Shown here: positions 60,645 through 64,000 of the stretch, piece by piece
Layout: the number at the start of each line of letters is the position of its first letter
How positions within the stretch are numbered: position 1 is the first letter of the stretch
Assembly: GCA_965216465.1 (NCBI GenBank)
Contig: CBDCFW010000004.1
Coordinates: forward strand, 64,001-128,000
Reading direction: 5' to 3'
Source: Bacteroidia bacterium
Lineage (GTDB): Bacteria > Bacteroidota > Bacteroidia > NS11-12g > UBA9320
Length of the DNA stretch: 64,000 nt
Translations under genes and position numbers: made by a program
Notes under the pieces: generated by a model
Database searches by the model: none
The model's input: the letters and a program-made list of their open reading frames with translations, nothing else
Told to the model about the DNA's origin: nothing

Positions 60645-61451
60645 TTAATTTAATTCTGATTCTTGTAATTCTTTAAGGTCTTCTGTGGTCTTTTGTTTAA
60701 TCTTATTTACATCTTCCACATAATTCCCTTCAGTTTTATATTCTTTAAAAAAGGTGTTAATCAAAGATAGGGTTTCGTTGTAGCGTTCCTTCTGCATTTT
60801 TTTAACACTGTTTTTTGCGTAATTATAAGCTGACTCCACAATAATAAACCCTAATTCTTCACGGTTTATCATATCTGGATAGTCATCTAGTGCATTGGTG
60901 CAAGCCACTATAGCACTTTTGTATTGACCAAGGTGATAATATAACTTAGCACTGTTATACACCTTTAGCAATATTCTATTTCTCAGTTCATCAATCTTGG
61001 CATTACAATCTTCCACATATTTACTGTTTGGATATTGATTGATAAATGCCTGTAAACTGTTTATAGCTTCTTTAGTTGGCGTTTGATCGAGCTCTGGGGC
61101 CATCGATTTCTGAAACTCGCATACCACATGCATGTAAGCTGCTTCTTCTCGCTTTGGACTCAGTGCATAGGTTTGTGCAAAGTATTTAAAGTGGTAGCTA
61201 GCGAGGAGGTATTCACCCAAAGCATAATGTGTGTACGCAAAGTAGAAATAGATTTCTTCTCTTTCAGCCCTGCCGTAATAAAGACCAAGAAGTTCTTCAA
61301 AAAGCGGTTGAGCTTTAAGATATTCTTGGTTGTTGTAATACTTTTTAGCAGCCTGAAGTTTCTCTTGAGGAGTGCCATTTTTAAGAACCTTTTGGTAATT
61401 ACTACAACTGGCTAAAGTTATTACGGTTAATATGTACAGAAATACTCTCAC
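60645..61451 (-). CDS. bamD: Outer membrane protein assembly factor BamD
   Basis: Lipobox LASC, TPR repeats, LDQ..T..AI..LQ.FIN.YP.S. Start moved to the GTG after TAACTTTG. Confidence 0.92.
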   Translation of the reverse strand: MRVFLYILTVITLASCSNYQKVLKNGTPQEKLQAAKKYYNNQEYLKAQPLFEELLGLYYGRAEREEIYFYFAYTHYALGEYLLASYHFKYFAQTYALSPKREEAAYMHVVCEFQKSMAPELDQTPTKEAINSLQAFINQYPNSKYVEDCNAKIDELRNRILLKVYNSAKLYYHLGQYKSAIVACTNALDDYPDMINREELGFIIVESAYNYAKNSVKKMQKERYNETLSLINTFFKEYKTEGNYVEDVNKIKQKTTEDLKELQESELN

Positions 61452-61631
61452 AAAAATGCCTGCAAAGTTACGTTTTTTTAATTCATAAACGAAGTAATAT
61501 CTCAAATGTTACAGCCAGTTTAGCCAATCTTGTAACTATCCAATGGCTTTAAGCTGTTTTTTTACTTTATTTAGATTCTTCCAGTTTATTTATTCGTGTT
61601 ACTTTTGCGGCGATTTTTAATAAACTAATTA

Positions 61632-62876
61632 ATGGATTTATTTGAAAAAGTTGTTGGCAAGATGGGTCCCCTAGGGATGCACGCCAAAGAAGCTCATCAT
61701 TACTTTACGTTTCCTAAGCTTGAAGGGGAGATTGCTCCACGCATGAAGTTTAGAGGTAAAGAAGTGTTAACTTGGAGTTTGAACAATTATTTAGGTTTAG
61801 CGAATCACCCTGAGGTAAGAAAGGCAGACGCTGATGCTGCTGCAAATTGGGGGTGTGCTTATCCGATGGGTGCGAGAATGATGTCTGGTAACACAGATTA
61901 TCACGAAGACCTGGAGCGTCAACTTGCTGAGTTTGTCGGTAAGGAAGATTCAATCTTGTTAAACTTCGGTTACCAAGGAATCTTATCTTCAATCGATGCT
62001 TTGGTTGATCGAAGAGATGTAATTGTATACGATGCAGAATCTCACGCTTGTATTATTGATGGTGTAAGACTTCATCAAGGCAAGCGTTTTGTTTATGCCC
62101 ACAATGACATTGCGAATCTTGAAAAGCAATTAATTAGAGCCGCCAAAATAGCTGAGGAGAACGGAGGTGCGCTTCTTGTAATTACTGAAGGGGTATTCGG
62201 GATGAGCGGAAATCAAGGAAACTTGAAGGATATTATCGCGTTAAAATCGAAGTATAACTTTAGACTTATGGTTGATGATGCTCACGGTTTTGGAACTTTA
62301 GGAAAAACTGGAGCAGGTGCAGGAGAGGAGCAAGGTTGCCAAGATGGAATCGATATTTACTTCTCAACTTTCGCTAAATCTATGGCGAGCATTGGAGCTT
62401 TCATTGCTGCCGATAAAGAAATCATCAATTTCTTAAGATACAACATGCGTTCTCAAATCTTTGCTAAGTCATTACCAATGCCATTTGTTATTGGTGCGAT
62501 GAAGCGTTTAGAGATGTTGAAAACCCAACCTGAGCATAAAGAAAACCTTTGGAAGATTGTTAATGCACTCCAAAGTGGATTGAAGGATGCAGGATTTAAT
62601 ATTGGAACTACCACTTCTTGTGTTACTCCGGTAATCTTGCAAGGTAATGTAGCTGAGGCAACTCACCTTACATACGATTTGAGAGAAAACTACAACATCT
62701 TCTGTTCTATTGTGGTTTACCCTGTAGTTCCTAAAGACGTGATCATGCTAAGATTAATTCCAACAGCTGCACACTCTTTAGAAGATGTAGAAGAAACTAT
62801 TAAAGCATTTAAAGACGTTCAGAAAAACCTCCGCAGCGGCAAGTATAAGGCCGAGAAGTTAGCAGAGGTAAATTGA
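61632..62876 (+). CDS. Alpha-oxoamine synthase family PLP enzyme (SPT/BioF-like; possibly cysteate-acyl transferase)
   Basis: NNYLGL, HACIIDG, EGVFGM.G, DDAHG, STFAKS (PLP Lys). Confidence 0.88.
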   Translation: MDLFEKVVGKMGPLGMHAKEAHHYFTFPKLEGEIAPRMKFRGKEVLTWSLNNYLGLANHPEVRKADADAAANWGCAYPMGARMMSGNTDYHEDLERQLAEFVGKEDSILLNFGYQGILSSIDALVDRRDVIVYDAESHACIIDGVRLHQGKRFVYAHNDIANLEKQLIRAAKIAEENGGALLVITEGVFGMSGNQGNLKDIIALKSKYNFRLMVDDAHGFGTLGKTGAGAGEEQGCQDGIDIYFSTFAKSMASIGAFIAADKEIINFLRYNMRSQIFAKSLPMPFVIGAMKRLEMLKTQPEHKENLWKIVNALQSGLKDAGFNIGTTTSCVTPVILQGNVAEATHLTYDLRENYNIFCSIVVYPVVPKDVIMLRLIPTAAHSLEDVEETIKAFKDVQKNLRSGKYKAEKLAEVN

Positions 62877-63751
62877 TCAGAAAAAGCTTTAAAGACATAA
62901 TCGCATTTTTTACGATTTCAAATTTTGAAAGGAGGGCAGTATTTGTCCTCCTTTTTATTTTATGTCTCGTTATACTTCATCGCGGCTATCGCAACTTTTA
63001 TGTTGGGAAACCAGCCCATAATGATACAGCAAAATATGCTGAAGTTTTAAAGGTGATTGCAGCACTTAAGGATGAAAAAGAAGAGAAAATTCATCCTACA
63101 AAAACATTGAAACTAAGCCGGTTTAAGCCTAATTCAGACTCAAGGCAGCGGTTGATTGAATCGGGTCTACCACAACGAGTTGTTCGCAACATCATTAACT
63201 TTAGAAAAAGTGGTGGTGAATTTAGACACAAAGAAGACCTTAAAAAGCTCTATGCGGTATCAGACAGCCTGTTCGAAGTTCTCGAGGCATACGTGGTAAT
63301 TGATATTGTAGAGAATCCTACAATTGTTCATAGTAAGCAAGATAAAAAACAAACTGTGATTGACTTGAATAAAGCTATCGCAGAAGATTTAACCGCATTG
63401 AGGGGCGTTGGTAAAGTACTTTCGACCCGAATCGTAAAATACCGTGAAGCATTGGGAGGATTTTATAAAATTGAGCAATTGTATGAGGTTTATGGTCTTG
63501 ATTCGTTGGTGATTGATGATAACAAGCACTCGCTAGCACTTGATTCATCCACATTGAGAAAAATTAGCATCAATCAGGCGTCGGTTGAAAAATTGGCTGA
63601 CCATCCATATATTGATTATAGGCTCGCGAATCATCTCGTAAAGTTCCGCAAGCAGCATGGAAAGTTCAAGTCTCTTAAAGAAATTGAGAACTTGCATTAT
63701 CTCCGAGGAAAAAATCCTAACCGATTTTTACCGTATTTAGACCTAAAATAA
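62873..63751 (+). CDS. ComEA-like helix-hairpin-helix protein
   Basis: N-terminal TM; DLN.A....L..L.GVG...S.RIVKYR..LGGF and further HhH repeats. Confidence 0.88.
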   Translation: MIRKSFKDIIAFFTISNFERRAVFVLLFILCLVILHRGYRNFYVGKPAHNDTAKYAEVLKVIAALKDEKEEKIHPTKTLKLSRFKPNSDSRQRLIESGLPQRVVRNIINFRKSGGEFRHKEDLKKLYAVSDSLFEVLEAYVVIDIVENPTIVHSKQDKKQTVIDLNKAIAEDLTALRGVGKVLSTRIVKYREALGGFYKIEQLYEVYGLDSLVIDDNKHSLALDSSTLRKISINQASVEKLADHPYIDYRLANHLVKFRKQHGKFKSLKEIENLHYLRGKNPNRFLPYLDLK

Positions 63752-63810
63752 TTTTAAAATGGGAGATTGGTATTTTAATATTGCATCCGTTTAATTACAA
63801 GCTACATAAA

Positions 63811-64000
63811 ATGGAATTTCAACCTTCAGAAACCCAAATAATGATTAGAGACATGGCACGTGACTTTGCTGAAAAGCATATCAGACCGCATGTTATGGAG
63901 TGGGATGAATCTCAGGAATTTCCTGTTGACCTGTTTAGAAAAATGGGTGAACAAGGATTTATGGGTGTATTAGTGCCTGAAGAATATGGTGGCTCAGGAC
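63811..64000 (+). CDS. Acyl-CoA dehydrogenase, N-terminal part (runs off the window edge)
   Basis: Manual translation [63 protein letters not shown]. Confidence 0.92.
   Translation, partial: MEFQPSETQIMIRDMARDFAEKHIRPHVMEWDESQEFPVDLFRKMGEQGFMGVLVPEEYGGSG

Noticed and set aside
663-61992. Many 60-134 aa ORFs in the track that are nested in or antisense to long genes
   Set aside because: Shadow frames of well-supported genes, with no recognisable motifs or independent expression signals.
48746-63751. dprA and the ComEA-like gene as a competence system
   Set aside because: They are 13 kb apart, are widespread in Bacteroidota, and no uptake machinery is encoded in the window.
1-64000. CRISPR arrays, tandem repeats, IS elements, prophage or defence genes
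   Set aside because: I saw no regularly spaced repeats and no transposase, integrase, nuclease or phage motifs; mazG is the ordinary two-domain housekeeping type.

Overview
AT-rich, tightly packed chromosomal window from a Bacteroidota bacterium (TAnnTTTG promoters, gldD/gldE, T9SS components and cargo, Na+-NQR operon). Most of it is housekeeping: ilvE, engB, menG, tgt, truB, ribF, ssb, mutY, HU, bS22, RNase E/G, rlmH, nqrA-F/apbE, pepT, mazG, dprA, queA, tRNA-Ala(GGC), coaBC, rpoZ, bamD. I see no integrase, transposase, CRISPR array or prophage. The most interesting signals are: (1) an unannotated ~100-nt sRNA candidate at 5131-5231 behind a sigma54-like promoter and IHF-consensus sites, with a segment complementary to the 5' UTR of the neighbouring response regulator, which has the same promoter architecture; (2) a ~1,850-aa T9SS cargo gene next to tRNA-Ala, split by a frameshift and preceded by a decayed hemopexin-like ORF; (3) coaBC, which appears to need a non-canonical ATT (or CTG) start; (4) an 802-aa Rossmann-motif protein of unknown function. 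All calls come from reading motifs by eye; no searches were run.
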